Positions 1 through 8,579 are shown, counted from the stretch's first letter. The stretch: DNA of 20,269 nt from a candidate division WOR-3 bacterium (GCA_965648935.1 CBFGIY010000044.1:1-20269); one strand, 5' to 3'. Program-made: numbers and translations. The notes: generated by a model not told the origin, from the letters alone.

Positions 1-1
1 T

Positions 2-2782
2 GTCGTCGAGCCATCCGACACGTTCTGGTGCTTCACCTGGGGTCATGGTGGTCACGACGGCCCGCTGTTCGGGCCGCGCTGGGCCAATCACTACTCGATC
101 ATCGTCGGGCCGATTGCCGAGATGGACTCGTCGTTCAGCGGAGTCGAGCTGTGGGATACGACATTCGCCCGGATGGCCAACGTCGTGAACTGCAACCGGG
201 TGTTTATCATGCAGCAGTGCTTCTCCGGTGGCTTCATCGACGACCTGGCTGATTCCTTGACAACGATGGTCTGCGCGTCAGCGGCTGGCAAGAAGGCATG
301 GTCGGCCGACAACGACAGCCGCGATGGCTCGCCATGGCCGGAACACGAAGTCGAGGATGGTGACACGTGGCGGCACGTTGAGTTCAGTTTCCACTTCCTC
401 AACGCACTGCGCGGAGAGGCACTCGCTCCCTACAGCAGTCCTGATACTCAGCCCCGAGTAGCCGACGTCAACCACGATGGGAACGTGACACTGGCTGAGG
501 CCTTTGCTTACGCGGACTCGTTCGACTCGCAGGAACAGCCGGTGATGGTGGATGCCGGTGCGTTCTGGCGCGTGATGCCACCAGTTCCGTTCGCCGACCG
601 AAACAAGGGTCTCAAGCAGGGAGGCGCGGCGTCGGCAGTGCCTGACACCAGCAGCGAGGACACAACGCGTATCTACGTGCTCAAGGGCAACCGGACAGAT
701 GAGTTCTGGGCCTTCTTCCCTGAGGGCGACTCTTGGAAGCAGTGCGCTGATGTCCCACCGGGTCCCATTGGCAAGGAGGTCGCGTACGGCGGGACGCTTG
801 CGGCAACGCTTGGGCGAAGGGCGTACATAACAAAGGGCAATAGGACCTTCGAGTTCTGGCGGTTCGACGGCTGCACCACTTGGACTCGGATGGCCGACTT
901 CCCGGCGGGCGCAAGCGGCAAGCCACCGTCCAAGGGCGCTGCGGTGGCGGTTGTGTATGATGATACGACGCCGATGTTGTTCTACGCAAGGGGCAGCAAG
1001 CAGGCCGACTTCTACTGCTACGAGCCAGCGCTCGACTCTTGGAGCGAGTGCGCCAGCATACCGCTGGGTCCCAAGAACAAGGGCGCCTACCTGGGTACAG
1101 CGTTGACGTCGGACAACGACTCGACGATCTACCTCCTCAAGGGTAAGCAACTCGAGTTCTGCGCCTACAGAGTCAAGACAAACACGTGGGACATACTGGC
1201 AAGCATGCCGCGGTACAGCGCGCTTGAGGGTAGGCGCAAGTATGCGGTCAAGGGCACATCCCTCACCTACGCAGGCGGCAAAGTGTACGCCCTCAAAGGT
1301 GGCACTCGGCAGCTCTGGGTCTACGACTGCGCGGCGGACGCGTGGTCGGAGGCGCAGATGATGCCCGTCGCCCCGAGCGGCAAGACTAAGAGCGGGCATG
1401 GCGCAGCCCTCGTGTTCGCTGATGGATTTGTGTATGCGCTGAAGGGAAACGGCAGAACCGACTTCTACAGGTTCGCTCCGAACCTGCTGTATCGCACAGC
1501 CTATCCGGACTCCGGCGGCAATCCCGAATTGGGCGCCGGCGAAGCCGAGATCGCTGCAGGGTCGGACGTGACGAGTCCGCAAATCAGCCCGGACGGCGAA
1601 GCGGTGCTTTTCGTCAAGGCCGATACGTCAGGCGTGCTGCAGCTCTGGACGTACAGCCTGATCGACAGCGTGGAGGAGCAGTTGACCGACCTGCCCGAGG
1701 ACTGCGCCGACCCGGTATGGTCGCCGGATGGGCAGTACGCGGCCTTCATCGCCACCGACTCGGCCACCAATGCCGACCGGGTCGCGCTGCTGACACTGAG
1801 CAATGGAGAAGTCGCGTTCCTTACGCCCGACAGCCAGGACTGCGAGACGCCCTGCTGGTCGCCCGACGGCGGGACCATCGCGTATGCCAAGTTCGATACC
1901 AGCGGCTACACCCGGCTCTACTCGGTGCCGGCCGAGGGTGGCGAGGAGTTGCTTCTCTCGACAGAGTCCTGTGACTACTCCAGCCCGCACTACGTCTCGG
2001 AAGGCGTGCTGGTGTACGCCCGCGAGGGTACCAACGGTTGGACTCACATCTTCAAGCTCAATACCAACGAATCGTCCGAGACGCAGTTGACCACCGAGGG
2101 TCGGGAGCACGAGTGCCCTATGGCCGTGCCGGGGTGCGGTGCGGTCGCGTTTGAGACGGTCGATGACTCAGGCTGGACCCAGATTGGCCTGGTTGGGCTT
2201 GAGGGAGGCGAGCGCAAGCTGACCACAGCTTCTGCCGACTTCGAGTCGCCGGTCGTCTGCGCCGACGGACCGGACGTCTACTGCGTCAAGCAGACCGATG
2301 GCGGGGCGGTCATCTGCCGTGTGGACACTGCGACCGGCGCGGTCTACGAAATCACCAACGATGATGTCGACCGCTTCACGCCGGCCTGCGGTCTGGCGGT
2401 GGACGAGACCGAAAGCGCGATACTGAGCGTGATGTACGCTACTGAAGCCGGGGCCTGGCGGTGCAGGGGGGAGCGGACCGACGGCAACCAGGGTCGCGGC
2501 ATCGAGCCGCTCGTGCTCGCGCGTGCTCTGCCCAATCCCGCGGTCGGCAGAGTGAAGATATCGTGGCAGGTGCCGCAGGAAGCCCAAGTTAGCCTGAAGG
2601 TGTACAACACGGCCGGGCGAATGGTCCGGACCTTGGTCGATGGGCCGAGCAAGCCGGGCAGTCTCACGGCGGTGTGGAACGGACAAGATGACCGCGGCCG
2701 CAGCGTCCCGGCCGGCATTTACTTCTACGCATTGGAGTCGGACGGTCGCTGCCTGCGCGACAAGGTCGTGCTGGCCCGGTAG
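2..2782 (+). CDS. 5'-truncated multidomain secreted protein: clan CD (caspase/legumain C13-like) cysteine peptidase + Kelch-like propeller + TolB/PD40-like propeller + FlgD-Ig/T9SS type A-like C-terminal domain
   Basis: Frame is open from base 2 (VVEPSDTFWCFTWGHGGHDG...) into ORF 122..2782. His-Gly motif FTWGHGG (His 44-46) and VFIMQQCFSGGF (Cys 218-220) form a clan CD dyad; EF-hand-like DVNHDGNVTLAE follows. Six blades of type (I/V)Y-x-LKG-x2-3-(E/D)F(W/Y)-x-(F/Y); SPQISPDG, DPVWSPDG and TPCWSPDG repeats; C-terminal PNP...VYNTAGRMVRTLVDG...WNGQDDRGRSVPAGIYF...KVVLAR. Confidence 0.85.
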   Translation, partial: VVEPSDTFWCFTWGHGGHDGPLFGPRWANHYSIIVGPIAEMDSSFSGVELWDTTFARMANVVNCNRVFIMQQCFSGGFIDDLADSLTTMVCASAAGKKAWSADNDSRDGSPWPEHEVEDGDTWRHVEFSFHFLNALRGEALAPYSSPDTQPRVADVNHDGNVTLAEAFAYADSFDSQEQPVMVDAGAFWRVMPPVPFADRNKGLKQGGAASAVPDTSSEDTTRIYVLKGNRTDEFWAFFPEGDSWKQCADVPPGPIGKEVAYGGTLAATLGRRAYITKGNRTFEFWRFDGCTTWTRMADFPAGASGKPPSKGAAVAVVYDDTTPMLFYARGSKQADFYCYEPALDSWSECASIPLGPKNKGAYLGTALTSDNDSTIYLLKGKQLEFCAYRVKTNTWDILASMPRYSALEGRRKYAVKGTSLTYAGGKVYALKGGTRQLWVYDCAADAWSEAQMMPVAPSGKTKSGHGAALVFADGFVYALKGNGRTDFYRFAPNLLYRTAYPDSGGNPELGAGEAEIAAGSDVTSPQISPDGEAVLFVKADTSGVLQLWTYSLIDSVEEQLTDLPEDCADPVWSPDGQYAAFIATDSATNADRVALLTLSNGEVAFLTPDSQDCETPCWSPDGGTIAYAKFDTSGYTRLYSVPAEGGEELLLSTESCDYSSPHYVSEGVLVYAREGTNGWTHIFKLNTNESSETQLTTEGREHECPMAVPGCGAVAFETVDDSGWTQIGLVGLEGGERKLTTASADFESPVVCADGPDVYCVKQTDGGAVICRVDTATGAVYEITNDDVDRFTPACGLAVDETESAILSVMYATEAGAWRCRGERTDGNQGRGIEPLVLARALPNPAVGRVKISWQVPQEAQVSLKVYNTAGRMVRTLVDGPSKPGSLTAVWNGQDDRGRSVPAGIYFYALESDGRCLRDKVVLAR

Positions 2783-2930
2783 TGGTCCAGTTGCCGAGCA
2801 GACAAATGGTCCGGCTGGCCAGTTTCGGCCTCACGCTGGAGTGGGTGCGGAGCTGCCCGGCAGACCGGAGGCCGAGGGCAGCGAGAGAACAGGCGCGGGT
2901 TGTGACGCCAGCGCCAGGAGAGGTGCATCT

Positions 2931-3524
2931 GTGAAAGCAGTCGCATTCAACGGTTCGCCGAGGGTACACGGCAACACGCGCCGGGCCCTGGAATTGGTGC
3001 TCGACGAACTCAAGCCCGCGGGCATCGAGACCGAGATAGTGCAGGTGGGCGGGCTGGAACTGCACGGGTGCCGGGCGTGTTTCAAGTGCGGCCAGACCCG
3101 GGACCGGCGCTGCCACGGCTGGGAAGACGGGATGAACGGGCTGATCGCGAAGATGTTCGAGTCGGACATCGTCATCATCGGCTCGCCGACCTACTTCTCG
3201 GCGCTGACCGCCGAGGCCAAGGCGCTGATTGACCGGGCCGGGCTGGTCGAGGGCCACGGCGGCAACCCGCTGCGCCGCAAGATCGGCGCGGCCGTGGTCG
3301 CGGTCCGGCGGGGCGGGGCGACCGCGGTGTTTTCCCAGATAAACAGCTTCTTCCTGATGAAGGAGATGGTCGTACCCGGCTCGACCTACTGGAACTTCGG
3401 GTTCGGATCAAAGCAGGGCGACATCCTCAAGGACGAGGAAGGCGTGGAGACCTTCAAGAACCTCGGCCGCAACATCGCCTGGCTGGCCGAGCGAATGTGG
3501 GGCAAGGAACAGGAGGAGAGATGA
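2931..3524 (+). CDS. Iron-sulfur flavoprotein (Isf-like, multimeric flavodoxin / NADPH-dependent FMN reductase family)
   Basis: GTG start at 2931 after AGGAGAGG. NGSPRVHGNT FMN-binding loop, Cx2Cx2Cx7C motif (CRACFKCGQTRDRRC), IIGSPTYF, RRGG, GSTYWN. The extension to 2640 in the ORF track is spurious. Confidence 0.9.
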   Translation: MKAVAFNGSPRVHGNTRRALELVLDELKPAGIETEIVQVGGLELHGCRACFKCGQTRDRRCHGWEDGMNGLIAKMFESDIVIIGSPTYFSALTAEAKALIDRAGLVEGHGGNPLRRKIGAAVVAVRRGGATAVFSQINSFFLMKEMVVPGSTYWNFGFGSKQGDILKDEEGVETFKNLGRNIAWLAERMWGKEQEER

Positions 3525-4387
3525 CAGCTCTGGCAGTGATGGCGGCGCTTCTCGGCGCGGCACTGGTGCCGGGCGCTGATCCGGCGCCGGCCCGGTTCGC
3601 ACCCGCGCAGTTGGAGCCGGTCGCGGACCGGACCGACACGGTTCTGCTCTACGACAGCGGCGTTACCACGACCTGGTGGACCTCGGACCGCGATTCATTC
3701 GGGGCGGGCGTTAAGTTCACGCCCGGCGAGTACCCGTGCGAGGTCATCGCGGCTCGGGCCGAGGTGAACTACGACAACGGCCGCGAAGTGTACCTGCGCG
3801 TGTGGGACGATGACGGACCCCAGGGCAGGCCGGGCACGGTGCTCTACCACGAGCAGCGGCTGGATGTGCCGCCCAACCGCACGCCGGGTCTGCGCGACTA
3901 CACGCTGACCGAGCCGGTGCGCATCGACTCGGGCGACTTCTACATCGTCTGGTGGCACCGGCGCATGTTCGCGATGGTATTCTCTTCCGATGATGCGATG
4001 AACTGGCCGGCGCGGCAGTGGTGGTTCTTCCCGGACCAGGGCTGGGTCACGCCCTACGGGATGCACGCGAGCGACCATATGATACGGGCGCTGGTGCGCT
4101 ACGGCACCGGCATCGAGGAGTGGCTCGAACCGGGCCCGGCCGCGCGCCTGCGCGTCGCGCCCAGCCCGGTGACCGGCGGCAGGGCCGCGATCAGCGTGAG
4201 CGGGCTGGCCGGGCCGGCGCGGCTGAGCGTTGTCGATGCGGCGGGTCGAGTAGTGTTCGCGACCCGACTTCCCGGCAATGCCGGCCGGGTGACGGTCGCG
4301 ACCGGCAGGCTGAACGCCGGCGCATATGTCGCGCACCTGGCCGGGCCGGGCGGCGCGGCCACGCGCGGTTTCGCGGTCGCGCGCTAG
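3521..4387 (+). CDS. Secreted beta-sandwich protein with T9SS type A-like C-terminal domain
   Basis: ATG overlaps the upstream stop (ATGA) after AGGAGGAG. Hydrophobic signal peptide MTALAVMAALLGAALVPG, a beta-rich core, a GTGIEE linker, then a CTD-like tail (APSPV...LSVVDAAGRVV...LNAGAYVAHL...RGFAVAR). Confidence 0.75.
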   Translation: MTALAVMAALLGAALVPGADPAPARFAPAQLEPVADRTDTVLLYDSGVTTTWWTSDRDSFGAGVKFTPGEYPCEVIAARAEVNYDNGREVYLRVWDDDGPQGRPGTVLYHEQRLDVPPNRTPGLRDYTLTEPVRIDSGDFYIVWWHRRMFAMVFSSDDAMNWPARQWWFFPDQGWVTPYGMHASDHMIRALVRYGTGIEEWLEPGPAARLRVAPSPVTGGRAAISVSGLAGPARLSVVDAAGRVVFATRLPGNAGRVTVATGRLNAGAYVAHLAGPGGAATRGFAVAR

Positions 4388-4431
4388 GGCCGGCACCTGG
4401 ATGAACGCCTGTCCGTTCTGCCGCCGCAGGC

Positions 4432-4461
4432 TTGACGCGCGGCCCGAACCGGTGTAAGCCT
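4432..4461 (+). promoter_or_regulatory. Possible sigma70-type promoter for the lipoprotein gene
   Basis: TTGACG at 4432-4437 and TAAGCCT from 4455. The -10 match is poor. Confidence 0.3.
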
Positions 4462-4483
4462 GTTCGGCAAACAGGAGAGAGCA

Positions 4484-5140
4484 TTGAATACCATCAGGAT
4501 CGTCTGCTCCGGGCTGGTTGCGCTGTTTCTGGCCGGTTGCCCGGGAAACGCGCGGCCGGACAAGCCCGAGCCGCCAACCGGGCCGGCCCGGCTCCCGGTC
4601 GGCACAGCAGGCACCTTCACGGCGCGCGGTACAGACCCGGATGGCTTCCGCGTGGCGCTGCGCTTTGACTGGGACGACGGCGACACTTCCGAATGGAGCC
4701 GCGTCGTCAACAACACCGATACGGTGCAGGCAACGCACGCGTGGAGCGTTCCCGACACTTACTACGTTTCGGTGCAGGCCGAGGACGAGAAGGGCTCGCG
4801 ATCGCTGTGGTCCGACTGGCTCGAGGTCGTGGTCGTCGACACGGCGAACAGAGCGCCGGGCGTGCCGACAGTCGATGCCCCGGACTCGTGCCCGGTGCTC
4901 GTGCTGCGCGAGGTGAGCGTTGTGGCGACTGACCCGGACGGCGATCGGCTGCAGTACACGGTGTTCTACGGTAACGGCGACCAGAGCTTGTCAGGTCTGG
5001 TGGCAAGCGGCACGACCGTGCGGTTCTCTTACGCCTGGCCCGACACCGGGGTTTTCACGGTGCAGGCGCAGTCGCGCGACGAGCACGGGGCCGAGTCGCC
5101 GCTGTCGGCCGGGCACGAAATCCGGGTCTATCAGCCCTAG
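4484..5140 (+). CDS. Lipoprotein with two PKD/Ig-like repeats
   Basis: TTG start after AGGAGAG; lipobox LFLAGC. Two repeats of the form P-x-x-P...TDPDG...(FDWDDG/FYGNG)...(H/Y)AW...VQA-x-D-E-x-G-x-x-S. Confidence 0.8.
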   Translation: MNTIRIVCSGLVALFLAGCPGNARPDKPEPPTGPARLPVGTAGTFTARGTDPDGFRVALRFDWDDGDTSEWSRVVNNTDTVQATHAWSVPDTYYVSVQAEDEKGSRSLWSDWLEVVVVDTANRAPGVPTVDAPDSCPVLVLREVSVVATDPDGDRLQYTVFYGNGDQSLSGLVASGTTVRFSYAWPDTGVFTVQAQSRDEHGAESPLSAGHEIRVYQP

Positions 5141-5154
5141 GGCCGCGTTCGGGC

Positions 5155-5182
5155 TTGCAGGCGGCGGCCCCGCCGGCATAAT
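5155..5182 (+). promoter_or_regulatory. Sigma70-type promoter, probably leaderless, for the class V PLP enzyme gene
   Basis: TTGCAG (5155-5160), 16-bp spacer, CATAAT (5177-5182), 7 nt, ATG at 5190; no SD sequence. Confidence 0.6.
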
Positions 5183-5189
5183 TTGCGCG

Positions 5190-6362
5190 ATGACCCCGGA
5201 AGAACTCGCCGGCATTCGCGCGCTGTTTCCCGCACTCTCCCGCAGCGTCTACTTCAACCACGCCTCGACCGGGCCACTGCCCTTGACCGGCGTGGAGGCG
5301 GTGGCCGGGTACTGCCGCAGGCAGGCCGAGACCGGCCAGGTGCCTTTTGAAGAGGCCGAGGCAGCGGTGGAACAGACGCGTGCCCTGCTCGCCGAACTGC
5401 TGCGCGTCGCGCCCGAGACGGTCGCGTTCACCAAGAACACATCGGCCGGGGTGACAATCGCCATCGGCTCGATCGAATGGCGCGCGGGCGACAGTGTCGT
5501 GCTGATGGAGGACGACTTCCCGACCGTCACCTACCCTTTTCACTACCTGCTGCCCGACGTGCAGAAGCGGTTCTGCACAAGCAGGCAACTGGCCGATGGT
5601 CCGGAAGCGGTGTTCAGCCTCGTGGATTCGCGCACGCGAATGGTCGCGGTGTCGTGGGTGCACTTCCTCACCGGCCGGCGGTTCGACGTCGCGGCAATCT
5701 GCCGGTTCTGCCGCGAACGCGGCATCGTCACCGTGATCGACGCGATTCAGGGGACAGGCGTGGTCGACTGCGACTGGGAGGCTGTCGGCGCCGACTTCGT
5801 GGTCTCGCACGGCGCGAAGTGGCTGCTCTCGCCCCAGGGCTCGGGATTCATGCGCGTGCATCCCGACACGCTACCGCGGCTGCGGCCGTGCAATCTCGGC
5901 TGGCTCTCGGCCGGGTGGCGCGACTTCAACGACATCTTCACGCTGAAGCCGATGAAGACGGGCGCGGCGCGGTACGAGGAAGGGACGAAGAACTACCTCG
6001 CCATCTACGGACTGCGCGAGAGCCTGCGGATACTGCTCGGGGCGGGCGCGGTCGAGGTCGAGAGGCGGGTGCGACTGCTGTGTGCGCGGCTGCGGGCCGG
6101 CCTCGCGGCGTGCGGGTTTGAGATTGTCACGCCGGGCGAGAGCGAGCGCAGTGCCGGCATCGTAACCTGCCGGCGGCCGGGCGAGGACTGCGCGGTGCTG
6201 GTGCAGCGGCTGGCAGACGCCGGGATGGTCTGCTCGCTGCGCGAGAACCAGTTGCGGATATCGCCCCACTTCTACAACACCGAAGACGAGGTCGACCGGT
6301 TCGTCGCGGTGCTGGCCGGGCCGGCCGGCGCGGCCGAGAAACCGGCGGTGTGCGCGACGTGA
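5190..6362 (+). CDS. Aminotransferase class V-fold PLP-dependent enzyme (cysteine desulfurase/lyase-like)
   Basis: YFNHASTGP, FTKNTSAG, DAIQ, SHGAKWLLSPQGSG (PLP lysine), RYEEGT, LRISPHFYNT. Start placed at ATG 5190. Confidence 0.9.
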   Translation: MTPEELAGIRALFPALSRSVYFNHASTGPLPLTGVEAVAGYCRRQAETGQVPFEEAEAAVEQTRALLAELLRVAPETVAFTKNTSAGVTIAIGSIEWRAGDSVVLMEDDFPTVTYPFHYLLPDVQKRFCTSRQLADGPEAVFSLVDSRTRMVAVSWVHFLTGRRFDVAAICRFCRERGIVTVIDAIQGTGVVDCDWEAVGADFVVSHGAKWLLSPQGSGFMRVHPDTLPRLRPCNLGWLSAGWRDFNDIFTLKPMKTGAARYEEGTKNYLAIYGLRESLRILLGAGAVEVERRVRLLCARLRAGLAACGFEIVTPGESERSAGIVTCRRPGEDCAVLVQRLADAGMVCSLRENQLRISPHFYNTEDEVDRFVAVLAGPAGAAEKPAVCAT

Positions 6363-6407
6363 GGCTAGCGATTCTGACCGCGGTGCGCGGTCTCGAAGGA
6401 GAGGGCA

Positions 6408-7172
6408 ATGGTGCAGGTTGACCTGAAGGGCAGGGTTGCGCTCGTGACCGGCGGCAGCCGGGGACTGGGGCGGGCCGCGGCCGTGCTGCTGGCGCGGGCC
6501 GGCGCGGATGTGGCGGTGAGCTTCCGCAGCGAGCGCGGCGCGGCCGAGAACGTGGTGCGGGCCTGCCAGGAAGCGGGCGCGCGCGCGTTCGCGCAGGCGT
6601 GCGACGTGGGCCGGGCAGCCGACGTGAAGCGGCTGGTGCGCGCGACCGTGCGCCGGCTCGGACGGCTGGACATACTCGTGGCCAATGCCGGCATCTGGAA
6701 CGAGGCCGCGATAGAACGGATGAGCGACGAGCGGCTGGGCGAGATGATCGACGTGAACCTGCGGGGCGTGTTTGCCTGCTGCCGTGAGGCGGTGCCGGTG
6801 ATGAAGCGCCAGGGCGCGGGCCGCATCATCCTCGTTTCATCGACCGCGGGCCAGCGCGGCGAGGCGTTTCACTCGCACTACGCCGCGACCAAGGGCGCGG
6901 TCATCAGCCTGACCAAGTCGCTCGCCCCCGAACTCGCGCGCGACGGCATCCTCGTCAACTGCATCGCGCCGGGCTGGTTCGATACCGACATGTCGGTACC
7001 GACTTTGAGCGTGCCGCAGAAGCGGCGCGCGGTGCTCTCGACGATACCGCTCGGCCGGGTCGGCCGGCCTGAGGAGTTTGCCGGGGCGGTGCTGTTTCTT
7101 GCATCCGAGCTTTCGACCTTCATCACCGGCGAGATACTCAACGTCAACGGCGGCGCGGTGCTGGCGGGCTGA
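6408..7172 (+). CDS. Short-chain dehydrogenase/reductase, 3-oxoacyl-ACP reductase (FabG)-like family
   Basis: TGGSRGLG Rossmann motif, LDILVANAG, catalytic YAATK, VNCIAPG, FITGEILNVNGG; SD AAGGAG. Confidence 0.9.
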   Translation: MVQVDLKGRVALVTGGSRGLGRAAAVLLARAGADVAVSFRSERGAAENVVRACQEAGARAFAQACDVGRAADVKRLVRATVRRLGRLDILVANAGIWNEAAIERMSDERLGEMIDVNLRGVFACCREAVPVMKRQGAGRIILVSSTAGQRGEAFHSHYAATKGAVISLTKSLAPELARDGILVNCIAPGWFDTDMSVPTLSVPQKRRAVLSTIPLGRVGRPEEFAGAVLFLASELSTFITGEILNVNGGAVLAG

Positions 7173-7834
7173 TGTCGAATCGCACGATCGAACTCACGCC
7201 GGAGCTGTACCAGTACCTGCTCGAGGTGTCGCTGCGCGAGGTTCCGCTGCTGCGGCGCCTGCGCGAGGAGACGAACAGCCTGCCTGAGGCGGACTGTCAG
7301 ATTTCGCCCGAGCAGGGTCAGTTCATGGCGCTGCTGCTGCGGCTGATGGGGGCGCGGCTCGTGCTTGAGATCGGGACGTTCACCGGCTACAGCGCGCTGG
7401 TGATGGCGGCGGCACTGCCCACCAATGGTCGCATAGTCACCTGCGACCGCAACGAGCAGTGGACCGCGGTCGCGCGGCGCTACTGGCGCGAGGCCGGGGT
7501 CGCGGACCGTATCGAGTTGCGGCTGGGCGAGGCGGGCAGGACGCTTGAGAAGTTGAAGGCCGAGGGTATGGCCGGCCGGTTCGACTTTGCGTTCATCGAC
7601 GCCGACAAGGAGAATGACGCGGCGTACTTCGGGCAGTGCCTGGAACTGGTGCGGCCGGGCGGGCTGATAGCGGTGGACAACACGCTCTGGAGCGGCCGGG
7701 TAATCGACCGTTCGGCATCTGACCCGGACACCGCGGCAATCCGCGAGTTCAACCGGGCGCTGCTTTCGGACGAACGCGTCGACCTGAGCCTCGTGCCGAT
7801 TGCCGATGGGCTGACCCTGGCCCGCAGGCGGTAG
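7172..7834 (+). CDS. Class I SAM-dependent O-methyltransferase (caffeoyl-CoA OMT/MdmC-like, cation-dependent)
   Basis: ISPEQGQF, LEIGTFTGYS, FDFAFIDADK, GGLIAVDNTLWSG, IADGLTL; TGATG overlap with the SDR stop. Confidence 0.92.
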   Translation: MSNRTIELTPELYQYLLEVSLREVPLLRRLREETNSLPEADCQISPEQGQFMALLLRLMGARLVLEIGTFTGYSALVMAAALPTNGRIVTCDRNEQWTAVARRYWREAGVADRIELRLGEAGRTLEKLKAEGMAGRFDFAFIDADKENDAAYFGQCLELVRPGGLIAVDNTLWSGRVIDRSASDPDTAAIREFNRALLSDERVDLSLVPIADGLTLARRR

Positions 7835-7853
7835 CGCGACCCGGAGGCGACTG

Positions 7854-8579
7854 GTGTCAAGCGCAGGCGCGGGGCGGGCACGGAGCGGCAGGTGGACGCG
7901 AATCGCGCTGGCCGCGCTCGGCATCGCGGCTCTGGCCACGGTGTTTGTTTTCGGCGGGCGCTCGATACTGCACTACTTCACCCATCCCGAGGAACTGCGG
8001 CGGCTGGTCGCGGGCTGGGGCCCGTGGGCGCCGGTCGGCATCGTGCTGCTGCAGATGGTGCAGGTTATCGTCGCGCCGCTGCCGGGCAATGCGCTGTCGT
8101 TTGCGGCCGGGTACGTGCTCGGAGTCTGGCCGACGATAGTCTGGCTGATGGCCGGGATCTTGCTCGGCGCGACCGTTGACTTTCTCATCGTGCGGCTGCT
8201 CGGCCGGCGCGTGCTGCGGCTGTTGGTGCCGCCGGACCGGCTGGCGCGGCTCGACGCGCTGGTCGTGCGCCGCGGCCCGTTCTTCATCTTCCTTCTTCTG
8301 CTGGTGCCCAACCCGGTCGGCGACTGGGTGTACTACCTTGCCGGGATGACCGCGATACCGTTGCCGGTGTTCCTCGGGCTGGTGCTGGCCGCGCGCCTGC
8401 CCTCGAACCTGCTCGAGGCCTGGGTCGGCGCGACCGCCACCGGATTCGGCTGGCGCGAGTGGGCCCTGCTCGGCATTCTCGCTGCCGTGCTCGCGTTGCT
8501 CTACTACACCTACCACGAGCGCATCGAGGCACTGCTGGAACGGCTGAGCCGCGGGCGCGGCCCGCGGCCGGCCGGTTGA
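7854..8579 (+). CDS. DedA superfamily TVP38/TMEM64 (VTT domain) membrane protein
   Basis: GTG after GGAGG. Several hydrophobic helices; QVIVAPLPG, AGYVLG, GATVDFLIVRLLGR, LVPNPVGDWVYYLAGMT. Confidence 0.85.
   Translation: MSSAGAGRARSGRWTRIALAALGIAALATVFVFGGRSILHYFTHPEELRRLVAGWGPWAPVGIVLLQMVQVIVAPLPGNALSFAAGYVLGVWPTIVWLMAGILLGATVDFLIVRLLGRRVLRLLVPPDRLARLDALVVRRGPFFIFLLLLVPNPVGDWVYYLAGMTAIPLPVFLGLVLAARLPSNLLEAWVGATATGFGWREWALLGILAAVLALLYYTYHERIEALLERLSRGRGPRPAG

Noticed and set aside
2640..2930. N-terminal extensions in the ORF track for the flavoprotein (also 4920-5189, 15096-15566 and 20085-20171)
   Set aside because: They overlap neighbouring genes or control regions. Family homology and SD/promoter positions support the shorter starts.
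2783..2930. Possible riboswitch upstream of the flavoprotein (TCGGCCTC/GAGGCCGA and GCTGCCC/GGGCAGC alternative pairings)
   Set aside because: I recognise no conserved aptamer motif or U-tract terminator, and short GC-rich pairings are expected by chance. An Rfam scan would settle it.
6408..7172. Gene symbol fabG
   Set aside because: It is a generic SDR with no fab cluster context, so orthology cannot be established by eye.
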